A stretch of 61,482 bases of DNA, filler included, from Asterionella formosa (lineage: Eukaryota), in the NCBI GenBank assembly GCA_002256025.1. It is 11 parts of 11 records of this genome, joined end to end, with 100 filler letters (N's around TTAATTAATTAA, not from the genome) between each part and the next. Parts side by side here need not be neighbours in the genome. Positions count along the whole stretch, not along the records: positions 55,998 to 61,482 come from NKIB01013047.1; 10 more parts are not named here. One strand, given 5' to 3'. Shown piece after piece: positions 61,163 through 61,482 of the stretch (position 1 is its first letter; every line of letters begins with the position of its first letter). The position numbers and the translations under genes were made by a program. The notes beneath the pieces were generated by a model. That model had not been told where the DNA came from, ran no database searches, and saw nothing but the letters and a program-made list of their open reading frames with translations.

Positions 61163-61482
61163 ATGAGTATTGGAAACACACCTGTTGGTTTAGCATTGGC
61201 CTTGCTCTTGGTTCACTCTACTGCACAGGACAAGTCGGTGTGTCCGTTATTTCACTTCGTGCTTCTTTATCATTAGTTTTGCGGAAACAGGAACTTACAT
61301 TCTTCGCGTTTTTCTTGTCCAGTCCACAACCCAGCTGACCACCCAGCCAACTACTTTTCCTACCATCCAGCCAACAACCAAACCAACCACCCTGCCAACT
61401 ACTTTTCCTACCATCCAGTCCACGAGCAAGCCAACGAAGCCAATTATGTTTCCTACCATCCAGCCCACAACCAAGCCAACCA
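61163..61482 (+). CDS. secreted Pro/Thr-repeat (mucin-like) protein, 5' part, with one intron
   Basis: Signal-like MSIGNTPVGLALALLLVHSTAQ; phase-0 intron 61238-61322 (GTGTGT..CTTAC..TCCAG) joins in frame to STTQLTTQPTTFPTIQPTTKPTTLPTTFPTIQ; not in the ORF track. Confidence 0.75.

Overview
Eukaryotic, repeat-rich DNA, most likely from a diatom; this is inferred from the CoDi-like Copia element, diatom-type LINE and Gypsy remnants, a short GT-AG intron and the gene families present. The window is not one locus. It is 11 contigs of about 5.5 kb in near-descending size order, joined by artificial 100-nt spacers (N44-TTAATTAATTAA-N44), so nothing can be inferred from neighbourhood across spacers. 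Transposon content: an intact but truncated Ty1/Copia gag-pol with a half-tRNA(iMet) primer site, a PIF/Harbinger transposase, a Gypsy-type gag, decayed mariner, LINE and Ginger-like remnants, several MITE or non-autonomous families and a solo LTR with AGTTG...CAACT ends. Host genes: a STAND-type AAA ATPase, a membrane-anchored JmjC protein, a trypsin, a multi-TM protein, a putative nuclear protein and a secreted PT-repeat protein. The best novelty candidates are an unclassified multicopy element carrying a micro-exon gene and phased TGATCA arrays, an effector-less NLR-like ATPase, a hydrophobic insert in the Copia polyprotein, and a P2X7-ballast-like pseudogene. No CRISPR, rRNA or tRNA gene is supported. 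Family assignments come from motif recognition only; no database search was run.
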